Below are positions 9,584-18,552 of a stretch of 64,000 bases of DNA, in pieces. A program made the position numbers and the translations under genes. Numbering within the stretch: position 1 is the first letter of the stretch; each line of letters begins with the position of its first letter. Where the stretch lies: NCBI GenBank assembly GCA_903845195.1, contig CAIMWO010000077.1, positions 8,230 through 72,229 of the forward strand, read 5' to 3'. Under the pieces are notes generated by a model. That model saw only the letters and a list, made by a program, of their open reading frames with translations, did not search any database and was not told where the DNA came from. This DNA is from an uncultured Phycisphaerales bacterium (GTDB lineage: Bacteria; Planctomycetota; Phycisphaerae; WQYP01).

Positions 9584-9958
9584 GGGGGCGCCAGGTATCG
9601 ACCGGACAGTAGTGATAAAAGTGGCGTGCCGACCTGTCATTCAAGTCGTAAAACTGAGTGGCAAAAACTAAATGCTGAGAACTACAAGTTCCCAGTCGGG
9701 GGCGAAAGCCTCCGTCTCGCAGCCTAATTAAATAGGCAGCCGGGTCACCCATGTTGTCTGCGACGTGGAATGAACCGTTACAAAGCAGACCGCTCCAGTC
9801 TCAACGTTTCTCGGAGATTGGCTAAGACTCAGGAGGAGCTGGTGACGATGACAGTTAGACCGCGAGCGGTCATCGCCACGACAACAACATGCGGCCTACG
9901 CACGTAGAGGCAATTATCAACCTGCCTCGGGACGAGGGTTCGACTCCCTCCGCCTCCA
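9584..9958 (+). ncRNA. ssrA: tmRNA (transfer-messenger RNA, ssrA)
   Basis: 5' GGGGGCG pairs with 3' CGCCUCC + A, giving the G3:U70 alanine identity pair. T-arm GGTTCGACTCC. Internal reading frame gct gag aac tac aag ttc cca gtc ggg ggc gaa agc ctc cgt ctc gca gcc TAA (9674-9727) encodes the tag AENYKFPVGGESLRLAA* with the canonical LAA end. Length 375 nt. Confidence 0.85.
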
Positions 9959-10027
9959 TAACCTTTTCTCGCTCGCCTTAAAACGAGCGCGAAAGAAAAA
10001 AAGTAAATACGTTGAATTGTTAAAAAC

Positions 10028-10052
10028 CCGGTTTGCCTTCGGGCAGCCGGTC
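10028..10052 (+). terminator. Stem-loop with a UUCG tetraloop downstream of tmRNA, followed by a C11 homopolymer
   Basis: cccggtttgccttcgggcagccgg hairpin; no U-tract; the poly-C run is at 10059-10069. Confidence 0.3.
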
Positions 10053-10373
10053 ACGATTCCCCCCCCCCCATAGGGCGAGAGCTCCCTCCCAGGGCCTCTC
10101 GCCCTTACTATTTTTGCCTTTCTACCACCCCAACGAAATTCCACGGCCCATTCCCCACCAACTCCTCGCCCTCCCGCCATCCCCACGTCGAGGTTCTACA
10201 TCTTCCCCACCAAAAGGCCCTTCGACTCAGTCGACAAGGCCGCTTCTCCCATTCCCCCATCTCCCATTTATCTGGCATAGCTCCCTTGCCCATCCATCGT
10301 TTCACTTGTGAAAATCGCTGATTCAGGCCGATACTAAAGGAATGCCTTCTTCTTGCGGAACGGAGTCCGAAAC

Positions 10374-10991
10374 ATGACCATCCTGCTGGACGCCAAGCCC
10401 CTCCAAGCCGGTGCCGAGCTTTCACCGGATTCCACCCTCGGCGACGCCCTGAACCTGATCCAGCAACACCTCGAAGGCGGCAAAATCATCGTTAAAGTCG
10501 AACTGGATGGCCAGCCCGTCGATGGCTCCACCCTTACGTTGTCCCGCAGCGCCCCGCTGGCCGGCCACCACGTTGCCGTCTCCACTGCCGATCAAAAGCA
10601 ATTGGCCTTGGCCACCATCGGAAAACTGGCCGCCCTCATCGAATGGCTTGCCCCGCAGCACGCAGAGATCGCCGCAGCCCTGGAAAAAGGACAAACCGCC
10701 CCGGCCCTCCAACGCCTCGGCGGCGTGCTCTCGGCATGGCAGCAGATCCAGCAATCCTATGCCGGCCTCATGACCCTGCTGCAGATCAAACTCGAAGACT
10801 TGCCCGTCCGCGATCTGACCGCCGCAGACGTCATCGCCGAATTCTGCAAGCAGCTCACCGAACTGCAAACCGCACTGCAAAACCAGGACTTCGTTCTTCT
10901 GGGCGATATTCTGCAGTACGAAATGGAGGGGGCGGTAAAGAACTGGATGTCGCTGCTCGAGGCGGCACTCGGAGTTGTGCAGCCCGAATAG
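10374..10991 (+). CDS. Hypothetical alpha-helical protein
   Basis: ATG at 10374 with GGAG 8 nt upstream (the track ORF starts at an upstream TTG). No recognisable domain; Gln/Leu/Ala-rich. Confidence 0.5.
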   Translation: MTILLDAKPLQAGAELSPDSTLGDALNLIQQHLEGGKIIVKVELDGQPVDGSTLTLSRSAPLAGHHVAVSTADQKQLALATIGKLAALIEWLAPQHAEIAAALEKGQTAPALQRLGGVLSAWQQIQQSYAGLMTLLQIKLEDLPVRDLTAADVIAEFCKQLTELQTALQNQDFVLLGDILQYEMEGAVKNWMSLLEAALGVVQPE

Positions 10992-11126
10992 CGGAGGCAG
11001 AGTGGGACCGCAGGCCCCATTCGTGGACAGCCGAGCACACAAGTCCAAATCGCTTGCGAATCAAAGGGTGAAGTCTAGAATAGCGTGTCTATTTCCGCCG
11101 GGGCTATCAAGCCCGTTGCGGAAATC

Positions 11127-11199
11127 GACAGCGTAGCTCAGTTGGTAGAGCAACAGACTTTTAATCTGTGGGTCCTGGGTTCGAGCCCCAGCGCTGTCA
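11127..11199 (+). tRNA. tRNA-Lys (anticodon UUU)
   Basis: Acceptor GACAGCG/CGCTGTC. D-arm GCTCAGTTGGTAGAGC. Anticodon stem ACAGA/TCTGT with loop CTTTTAA. T-arm CTGGGTTCGAGCCCCAG. Confidence 0.9.
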
Positions 11200-11214
11200 G
11201 TCAAGGCGGGTGCT

Positions 11215-12312
11215 ATGTCTGCCGAGTTTTTGGAATTGTCCGCCGTCGAATTGCATGGCACTGCCCGCCAGATGGGCGAGCAATTCGGCGAAGCGACGCG
11301 TGCTGAAATGCACGAGTTGCTGACCCGGCGCCTGAATGCCGCACTCGAATTCGCCCGCGAGGAATCCAGCCGACATTTCACTTCCGATCAGGTGCTGGCA
11401 CTCGCCCGCCAATGTCTGCCGATCACGGAAAAGTACGACCCCACCGGGTATGAGGAATTCCTCGGGATCGCGCGTGGCGCGGGAATGTCTCCGGAACACC
11501 TGTTTATCATGCAGGGATACACGGATTTTCGGGATGTCCTCTCCTGCCATGGCCCAACCGTCGACGGCGAAGGATGCTCGTCCATCATCGTGACGCGGGA
11601 ACACGCCGCAAATCATCAACTCCTTCTCGGCCAGACCTGGGATCTGCAGACCGACAACATGCCCTACGTGCGGCTCGTGCATCGGCGACCGTCAGATGGC
11701 TCACCCGAGACCTGGAGCCTGACGCTGACCGGCTGCCTCACACTGATCGGTCTCAACAGCGAAGGCATCGCCGTGGGAACGACGAATCTGCGCACCACCG
11801 ATGCCCGCCCCGGAGTGCAATACCTGTCCATTTTGCACCGGGCCATACGCTCCCGCACGCTGGAGGAAGTGATCGCATCGGTTCGCTCCGCACCGCGATC
11901 CGCAGCACATTATTTCTTCGCGGCGGATGCCCATGGGAATGCCGTGGGTTTGGAATGTAGCGCCGCTGACTGCGAAACTCTCTATCCCCATGACGGCCTG
12001 TTGATCCACTGCAATCACGCACTGACCCCATCGATCCGCGCGATTGAATCACCATTTGACCAGAGTTCCACGCTGAGCCGGCAGGCACGATGCTCGCACC
12101 TGCTTTCGACCACTAGTGGTTTGATCGACGTGGAAACCATTCGCGGCATCTATGCGGATCACGACGGCGGGAACAACGCGATTTGCCGCCACGATGTGCC
12201 ACCGTCGGGTGTGTCGACGAACGCGTGCGTCATCATCAGCCCCGAGTTGCGCCAGATGCACGCCTGCCGCGGGCAGGCGCATCGGGGCGTCTGGCGCACG
12301 GTAAACGCGTGA
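11215..12312 (+). CDS. Peptidase C45 / acyl-CoA:6-APA acyltransferase-like Ntn-hydrolase family protein
   Basis: GCSS motif (putative autoproteolytic Gly|Cys nucleophile) in DGEGCSSIIV, ~365 aa, and overall similarity to the C45/AAT family. Family call has moderate confidence. Confidence 0.55.
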   Translation: MSAEFLELSAVELHGTARQMGEQFGEATRAEMHELLTRRLNAALEFAREESSRHFTSDQVLALARQCLPITEKYDPTGYEEFLGIARGAGMSPEHLFIMQGYTDFRDVLSCHGPTVDGEGCSSIIVTREHAANHQLLLGQTWDLQTDNMPYVRLVHRRPSDGSPETWSLTLTGCLTLIGLNSEGIAVGTTNLRTTDARPGVQYLSILHRAIRSRTLEEVIASVRSAPRSAAHYFFAADAHGNAVGLECSAADCETLYPHDGLLIHCNHALTPSIRAIESPFDQSSTLSRQARCSHLLSTTSGLIDVETIRGIYADHDGGNNAICRHDVPPSGVSTNACVIISPELRQMHACRGQAHRGVWRTVNA

Positions 12313-12343
12313 TTTCCTCAACAGTCCGGGACAAACGAAGACA

Positions 12344-12655
12344 TCAATGCCGCGCGGCGGAATCGACATCGTGATACGTGGGGGTGCCCATCTCTTTGAA
12401 GGAAAAGTGCTGGAAAATTCTGCGGCCGTCGAAGTCCATGACGCGCAGATCGTCTTCCTGTTTCAGATCACCAAGCACGGCCGTGAAATGCGTTCCATAG
12501 CGTTTTTCGACAAGGCTGACGGGAACCTCAAAGGCAATGTATTTTTCGATTCCCTTGGAAAGCAGCTTGTGGCCCAAGGCGGGGTCAGAAAGCGATTCGT
12601 GGGAGGTGAGGATCAAGACAGCGCCCGAGCCATTGAGGAAAATGCCGGCTTTCAT
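12344..12655 (-). CDS. Hypothetical 103-aa protein
   Basis: ATG with AAGGAG 6 nt upstream on the minus strand; balanced composition; no confident family. Confidence 0.5.
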   Translation of the reverse strand: MKAGIFLNGSGAVLILTSHESLSDPALGHKLLSKGIEKYIAFEVPVSLVEKRYGTHFTAVLGDLKQEDDLRVMDFDGRRIFQHFSFKEMGTPTYHDVDSAARH

Positions 12656-12839
12656 GGTACGACTCCTTCATTTTTCTAGTTACGCTTCTGAGAATTGACG
12701 TATTGCTAAAATTGTAGCTTGCGAATCATAAAAAACTCCTAAATAGTCGTAATTTTCTTGCATTAGGCTCCAAATGTGGTAAATTTACTCCTGAACCAAC
12801 AAGGTGAGAGAGAGGTGTGTGTCTCACTTGGAGGTTCAT

Positions 12840-12959
12840 ATGGATACCCTTTCTAGTCCGCGGTCCCGCGGCGCGGTGGTTCTCGAATCAATACTACTTT
12901 TGGCGCTCTCGCTTCCCCTGATCCTCGCGTTTGTGCTGGGATTGTTGGCGAGCAATTGA
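12840..12959 (+). CDS. Small hydrophobic peptide (39 aa, single predicted TM helix), unannotated small ORF
   Basis: GGAGG at 12830-12834, 5 nt before ATG 12840. Translation MDTLSSPRSRGAVVLESILLLALSLPLILAFVLGLLASN, stop TGA at 12957-12959. Lies in an AT-richer intergenic region; not on the ORF track because of its short length. Confidence 0.4.
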   Translation: MDTLSSPRSRGAVVLESILLLALSLPLILAFVLGLLASN

Positions 12960-13317
12960 TTCCATTCATCTGGAGATTGGGCAAGTAGTATCTGGTGGGA
13001 GGGAGTAAGTATTTTGCGCAACTCGTCTGGCCATCGCCTCGCGCAGAGATGTATTGTTCGCAGTACCCGGTGGAGCTGTCGTTCGACAGTTGGCCCGGGG
13101 GCGGAACCTATTTGTTGCCGCTGAATCCAGCATCCTATTCCCATTCTTAGCGAAACCCTATCTGGTCTTGGGCAAGTGCAGACGTTCGAATTGAAAAAAT
13201 AGTGCTCCCCACACATCCGGGGGGATATAGTTAGTTGGGGGTGCGGTCATGTCATGAATCCTCTGGAGGTCAATGCGGCACCTCTTTTCGATAACCCATT
13301 GCAAAGGAGGACGGGCT

Positions 13318-13800
13318 ATGGCAACGACTCATGAAATTCCAGTTTCGATCAGGAAGTATCTCGAAGATCAAGGCATTGCTTACGAAATGATTCCGCATCG
13401 CAGGGATTTCAACGCGCAGTCGGCCGCCGCAGACACGCACACGCCAGGCAAGGAATTTGCCAAGTGTGTACTGCTGTGGGTAGACAACTACTATGCGATG
13501 GTCGTGTTGCCTGCGGATCACTGGGTGGACTTCAAACTGCTGCGGCAGGGGTTAGACGCCATGGATGCCGGATTGATCCGCGAGGAAGAGATGATGCGAC
13601 TCTTTCCAGACTGCGAGCTCGGTGCCGAGCCACCGTTCGGCAGTCTGTATGATTTGCCCGTCTACGTTGCGTCGCAGATTGTCCAGGACGAAAAAATCAC
13701 ATTCAATGCCGGTACCCACGAGGAAGCTATCCGCATGAGTTACGCGGACTTCTCACGGCTGGTACATCCGACGATTGTGGATTTCGCGCGCCGAAACTAA
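13318..13800 (+). CDS. YbaK/ProX-like aminoacyl-tRNA deacylase domain protein
   Basis: ATG at 13318 with AAGGAGG 8 nt upstream. ~160 aa, consistent with YbaK/EbsC family size and pattern. Local GC is lower than in surrounding genes. Confidence 0.5.
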   Translation: MATTHEIPVSIRKYLEDQGIAYEMIPHRRDFNAQSAAADTHTPGKEFAKCVLLWVDNYYAMVVLPADHWVDFKLLRQGLDAMDAGLIREEEMMRLFPDCELGAEPPFGSLYDLPVYVASQIVQDEKITFNAGTHEEAIRMSYADFSRLVHPTIVDFARRN

Positions 13801-14025
13801 CACATCGCATCACCGAGCCTGCACCAGCCGTGAGCGGGCAATCACGAGTGGATGGTTCCTCCGCATAAACGGGAATTGACTGATAAAGTAGGCCTTATTT
13901 TGCGTAAAAGGGGCGGCAATCTTTTCTCTTGCGTCCGCGCAATTTGCTGCTAATCTTCTTAAAAGGACGGTATATCTTCATGTCACCGCTACTGATGCAG
14001 TTGGCTATATTGAGGCGAGGATCCT

Positions 14026-14373
14026 GTGGAAAAATGCACGAAGTGCGGAGTGTTGGTTGCGCCTGAAGAGCCGGTATTTCGTCAAGAAGCCGGCTGCGTG
14101 TGTGGCTCATGTTTGCTGTTGGAATCCATAACCGATCCAGCACTGACGCGCTTGGTAAAGCCGGCTGCGGATCGGTTTTATGATCTCAGCGGCAAGCCGG
14201 TGCGACGATTGAGCGGCGCGAGCTCGCCGGAGATCTATCAGGGCGGGGGAAGATGGAAACACCTTGCGGATGTTGATTATTTGAAGAAACACGGACAGCG
14301 CATCACGAAAGCGCAGTTCGATGTGATGGTCCGTAGCATGGACGAGCAGGAGACGTTGCAGTCTACGAGGTAA
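14026..14373 (+). CDS. Hypothetical protein with an N-terminal zinc-ribbon (CTKCG...CVCGSC)
   Basis: GTG start preceded by GAGGCGAGGA; four Cys in a CxxC...CxCxxC arrangement. Confidence 0.4.
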   Translation: MEKCTKCGVLVAPEEPVFRQEAGCVCGSCLLLESITDPALTRLVKPAADRFYDLSGKPVRRLSGASSPEIYQGGGRWKHLADVDYLKKHGQRITKAQFDVMVRSMDEQETLQSTR

Positions 14374-14426
14374 GAGCCTGCCGCGTTAGTGCACATTTCA
14401 TGAGAGTCCTCATCGGAGATAAGTAG

Positions 14427-14753
14427 ATGCTATCGATTGCCCTGTCGGAAGCGGAGGAAATCCTGGCCGTAAGAGCAATCGAATTGCTGTTACAGGATGC
14501 ACGCCGGCGGTATCAAGAGCGTGCCAATCATCCGCGGGTACGTGATGGGGCGCTGCACCTGCCGGAGTTTGAGGACGGGGTCACGGTCGCGGCGATGGGA
14601 TTCTATCTGACGACGTTTTCGCCAGTCGATACGGTGGATGATGATGACGCACGGGGGTTGTGGCGGAAGATTATCGATGCGTTTGTCATGGCCCGGGCGA
14701 CAGGATCAGGCCCTCTGATCGCCTTTGCACGTTCAGCAGTAGAGACGGATTAA
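14427..14753 (+). CDS. Hypothetical 108-aa protein
   Basis: ATG with GGAGA 8 nt upstream; no recognisable domain. Confidence 0.4.
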   Translation: MLSIALSEAEEILAVRAIELLLQDARRRYQERANHPRVRDGALHLPEFEDGVTVAAMGFYLTTFSPVDTVDDDDARGLWRKIIDAFVMARATGSGPLIAFARSAVETD

Positions 14754-14822
14754 TCCACTATTATTACGGTTTCTGACGCGTCGGTGGAAGCATGCGTTTC
14801 TAATCGATAGAATGGCTGGTCT

Positions 14823-15476
14823 ATGCAGAAGGCCACCAATATCGTCTGGCATGCCGCGCACGTGACCCCTGAGCAGCGTCAAGCCGTGACTCGCGTGAAT
14901 CCCGCCGTTCTCTGGCTGACGGGACTGTCGGGCTGCGGCAAATCGACGCTGGCGATGGCGTTGGAGGATCGGCTCATCGAACGCGGGCATCTGGCGTATG
15001 TGCTGGACGGCGATAACGTGCGGCATGGCCTCAACAAGAACCTGGGTTTTTCGGACGAAGATCGGCAGGAGAACATCCGCCGCATCGGCGAAGTGGCGAA
15101 ACTGTTCATTTCCGCGGGCGTGATGGCGATCACGAGCTTTATTTCACCGTTTCGGCAGGATCGCGAAGCGGTTCGAACGTTGGTTGGACCGGGTGCATTC
15201 ATCGAAATTTATGTCGACGCACCGTTGGACGTATGCGAGTCGCGCGATCCGAAGGGCCTCTATAAGAAGGCTCGGGCAGCCATGGCCGCGGGGAAGGGAA
15301 TGGCGTTTACGGGCATCGATTCACCGTACGAGCCTCCCGTGATACCGGAGATTCATGTGCATTCGGACCGACAGTCGGTGGAGCAGTGCGCCGAGCAGGT
15401 CATGGCATATCTGCAGCAGCACGGACATCTGTTGCCGGTGGCCGATTTGGCGGCGCCGGGCGGGGGAAGGGCCTGA
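14823..15476 (+). CDS. cysC: Adenylylsulfate (APS) kinase
   Basis: P-loop [11 protein letters not shown], plus [10 protein letters not shown] and the [16 protein letters not shown] motifs typical of APS kinase. Confidence 0.9.
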   Translation: MQKATNIVWHAAHVTPEQRQAVTRVNPAVLWLTGLSGCGKSTLAMALEDRLIERGHLAYVLDGDNVRHGLNKNLGFSDEDRQENIRRIGEVAKLFISAGVMAITSFISPFRQDREAVRTLVGPGAFIEIYVDAPLDVCESRDPKGLYKKARAAMAAGKGMAFTGIDSPYEPPVIPEIHVHSDRQSVEQCAEQVMAYLQQHGHLLPVADLAAPGGGRA

Positions 15477-16366
15477 TGTTCGTGGATTTGCATACGCATT
15501 CGACGGCGTCGGACGGTACGTACTCGCCGACGAAATTGATTCGCGCTGCGAAGGATGCGGGTTTGGTGGGGATTGCACTGACGGATCACGACACGGGAAA
15601 CGGCCTCAAGGAGGCCGCGGCCGAGGCCCAGTGCGTGGGCGTACGATTTGTGCCGGGGATTGAGATTTCCGCCGATTATCCGGAGCCGGGAACGCTGCAT
15701 ATCCTGGGGCATTTTATCGATGTGGATTCTCCCGCACTGCAGAGGATGAGCGAGATTCTGCTGGCGGCACGCAATGAGCGTAATCCGAAAATTGTGGCGC
15801 GGCTGAAACAACTTGGGTGCTCGATCACGATGGCGCAGGTGGAAGCGGTGGCGCGGGACAAGGTGGAATCCGGCAAGCCGTTCGTTGTGGGGCGGCCGCA
15901 CATTGCCCAGGCCTTGGTGAACGCGGAATGCGTTGCGAGCATCAAACAGGCTTTTGAGGTTTACCTGGGGACGACGGGTGCGGCCTATTTTCCGAAGGAA
16001 CGATTGTCGCCGCGGCAGGCGATCGAATGCATTCATGACGCAGGCGGACTGGCCACCGTCGCCCATCCGGTACAACTGCGCTGCGATAACCCCGCGCATC
16101 TGCAGACGGTCATCAATCATCTGGCAGAGGCAGGGATGGACGGCATCGAGGTGTGGCATTGCGATCACGATGAAAAGACCAGCGAATTGATGCTGCATAT
16201 GGCGAAGAAATACAACCTCATTCCCACCGGCGGCTCTGATTTTCACGGCCACAACAAGGCGGACGTGATTCTGGGCCGCGGGCGGAATAATGTGAAGGTG
16301 CCCGTTGAGGTACTCGATCGGCTGGAAGCGAAATGGAAACAGAAGCGGCACGAGTTGTTCGTGTGA
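15476..16366 (+). CDS. PHP-domain (polymerase/histidinol-phosphatase family) metal-dependent phosphoesterase; candidate 3',5'-bisphosphate nucleotidase (pAp phosphatase)
   Basis: The ATG overlaps the cysC TGA (cTGATGt). PHP motifs VDLHTHSTASDG and ALTDHDT, plus the conserved His/Asp ladder. Lies between cysC and cysH. Confidence 0.75.
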   Translation: MFVDLHTHSTASDGTYSPTKLIRAAKDAGLVGIALTDHDTGNGLKEAAAEAQCVGVRFVPGIEISADYPEPGTLHILGHFIDVDSPALQRMSEILLAARNERNPKIVARLKQLGCSITMAQVEAVARDKVESGKPFVVGRPHIAQALVNAECVASIKQAFEVYLGTTGAAYFPKERLSPRQAIECIHDAGGLATVAHPVQLRCDNPAHLQTVINHLAEAGMDGIEVWHCDHDEKTSELMLHMAKKYNLIPTGGSDFHGHNKADVILGRGRNNVKVPVEVLDRLEAKWKQKRHELFV

Positions 16367-16396
16367 CGGACCTTTGGCCCAAGATGCAATGAAGCT

Positions 16397-17164
16397 ATGA
16401 CGACTGCAAACACGCTCAATCTCGACGAAATTAACGCGAAGCTCGATCGCGTGCATCCTGCGGAGATCGTGCGCTGGGCCTCCGAGACGTTTGGGGAACC
16501 TAAGGCGACTGCCGACGGTCCGGCGGCGGGTGGGCTCATCATGACGAGTTCCTTCGGCGCCGAAAGCATGTGCTCGATTCACCTGGCGATCAGCGTGGTG
16601 CCGCGGATCAAGATTGTGGTAGTGAACACGGGGTATCTGTTTGCCGAGACGCTTAGTTTCATGCAGGAGATGCGGAAACGATTTGATTTGAACGTCATCG
16701 AGTACCACACGAAGAATGATCCGGTAGTCTGGCTGACGGTTCACGGCGAGCCGGATCCGCGCGTGCGGAAGAATGTGGACGCGTGCTGCGCGGCCAACAA
16801 GAACGAGGTGTTCGATCGGGCGATGCGAGAACTGGCGCCGGCGGGATGGTTGCGCGGGGTGCGGGCGGATCAGTCTTCGGAGCGCGGCAAGATGCAGGTT
16901 GTGCAGTGGAGCAAACGCTACAACTGCTATGCGATATCGCCGATTTTGCGCTGGAGTTCGCGGGACATCTGGCAGTACATGAAGGAGCATGACCTGCCGT
17001 ACCATCCGTTGTGGGAGAAGGGGTACGTGTCCATCGGATGCAATCCGAGCACCTGCACGGCGCCGGTGGGAGAAGAAGGGGATCAGCGCTCTGGCCGCTG
17101 GGCGGGAACGGGCAAGAAGGAGTGCGGCATTCACCTGGAGCCCGGGGATGGCGGCGTGGGGTGA
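16397..17164 (+). CDS. cysH: Phosphoadenosine-phosphosulfate/adenylylsulfate reductase (thioredoxin-dependent). The Fe-S cysteine pattern suggests an APS-reductase type.
   Basis: CC pair (VDACCAANK), SIGCNPSTC, RSGRWAG and KKECGIH motifs matching assimilatory APS/PAPS reductases. Confidence 0.85.
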   Translation: MTTANTLNLDEINAKLDRVHPAEIVRWASETFGEPKATADGPAAGGLIMTSSFGAESMCSIHLAISVVPRIKIVVVNTGYLFAETLSFMQEMRKRFDLNVIEYHTKNDPVVWLTVHGEPDPRVRKNVDACCAANKNEVFDRAMRELAPAGWLRGVRADQSSERGKMQVVQWSKRYNCYAISPILRWSSRDIWQYMKEHDLPYHPLWEKGYVSIGCNPSTCTAPVGEEGDQRSGRWAGTGKKECGIHLEPGDGGVG

Positions 17165-17278
17165 GCGGGGGTGGGTATTTTTCGCACTTTTTGCCCAGTG
17201 TCTGATAAGAATCCATCTGAATCGTGATCGGCAGAGTTTTATTTTGCCTGGGTTGCGTGCGAATCGTACGTTTCTGTC

Positions 17279-18541
17279 ATGCCCTCTTTGAGTAACGAGC
17301 GGGCAAGGGCAGTAACGCAGGGAGGTCGCGTGCTTCGAGTAATTGTCAGACAGGCTCGGCCGGGCATGACATTGGCGCGGTCGATTATTCATCCCAGCCA
17401 ACCGGAAACCATGTTGCTTACGACAGGCCACACGCTTGAGGCCTGCGAGATTGCACGCCTGCACGAACTGGGCGTTTACGATTTGTGGATCGAGTATCCC
17501 GGTCTGGATTTTCTGGACAACATGTATTCGCCACAGCTCTCGCAGAACCAGCAGCGGTTGTGCGAGACGCTCAAGTACAGCTTTCACGACCAGGTGCAGC
17601 GGACGGAGTCGCGTTTGCCGATCATCCAGTACCAGGACATCGTGCAGGAACTGGTGCAGTCGATTCTCGATTCGGCAACGACGATGCCGTTCATGAGCGA
17701 ACTGGCGGGGGTGGATGATGCGTTGCTGCGGCATTCTTCGGAAGTCTGCGTACTGGGGGTGATGCTGGGATTGCGGCTGGAGGGGTACCTGGTGGAGCAA
17801 CGGCGACGTCTTTCCGGGCGGTACGCGAAGGACGTGGTCAATCTGGGTGTGGGGTGCATGCTGCATGACATTGGGGAGTTGCAGCTTCCGGAGCAGGAGC
17901 GCGAATCGCGGCGCATGTCGAGCGATGAATCGCGGGCGTGGGAAAGGCATGTGGCGTTGGGCTACTCGATCGTGCGCGGGCAGGTGCCGCCATCGGCAGC
18001 GAATATTGTGCTGAATCATCACCAGCATTTCGACGGAACGGGATTTCCGGGGCTGTCGGTGCGGGAAGAGCCGCAGAGCGGTGCGCAGATTCATGTCTTT
18101 ACGCGTATTGCGATGGCGGCAGACACGTTTCAACATTTGCTGTACCAGGATGGGATGAACTATCCGGCGGTGTACGCATTGTGGCGGATTCAGCAGGCGC
18201 CGTTCCGGGGATGGTTGGATCCGGTGGTGCTGGCGGCATTGCTGGCGGTTGTGCCGCCGTTCCTGCCGGGGATGGTGGTGCAGTTGAATGATCGGCGGCA
18301 CGCGATTGTGATCAAGACGCATGAAGATGCTCCGTGCTATCCGGAAGTGCAGATCCTGGAGGGGATGAATCTGATGTCGCGGGCGAACGTGCATGGGGAA
18401 CGGGAAGTGGTTGATCTTGCGACGACGCGAGGACTGAGCATCGAAAGCGTGGATGGGTTCGATGTGAGCGAGTTTTTGTATGGTGCGAAGCATGTGTCGA
18501 ACGTGCGGGCGCCGGTGCCGCAGCAGACGCTTTTTGTGTAG
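17279..18541 (+). CDS. HD-GYP domain protein (GYP variant GFP): c-di-GMP phosphodiesterase-like, with an N-terminal regulatory region
   Basis: HD-type motifs (HSSEVC..., MLHDIGEL) and HHQHFDGTGFPGL matching the HHExxDGSGYP consensus with Y-to-F. Confidence 0.65.
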   Translation: MPSLSNERARAVTQGGRVLRVIVRQARPGMTLARSIIHPSQPETMLLTTGHTLEACEIARLHELGVYDLWIEYPGLDFLDNMYSPQLSQNQQRLCETLKYSFHDQVQRTESRLPIIQYQDIVQELVQSILDSATTMPFMSELAGVDDALLRHSSEVCVLGVMLGLRLEGYLVEQRRRLSGRYAKDVVNLGVGCMLHDIGELQLPEQERESRRMSSDESRAWERHVALGYSIVRGQVPPSAANIVLNHHQHFDGTGFPGLSVREEPQSGAQIHVFTRIAMAADTFQHLLYQDGMNYPAVYALWRIQQAPFRGWLDPVVLAALLAVVPPFLPGMVVQLNDRRHAIVIKTHEDAPCYPEVQILEGMNLMSRANVHGEREVVDLATTRGLSIESVDGFDVSEFLYGAKHVSNVRAPVPQQTLFV

Positions 18542-18552
18542 GCGGGTAGTTC

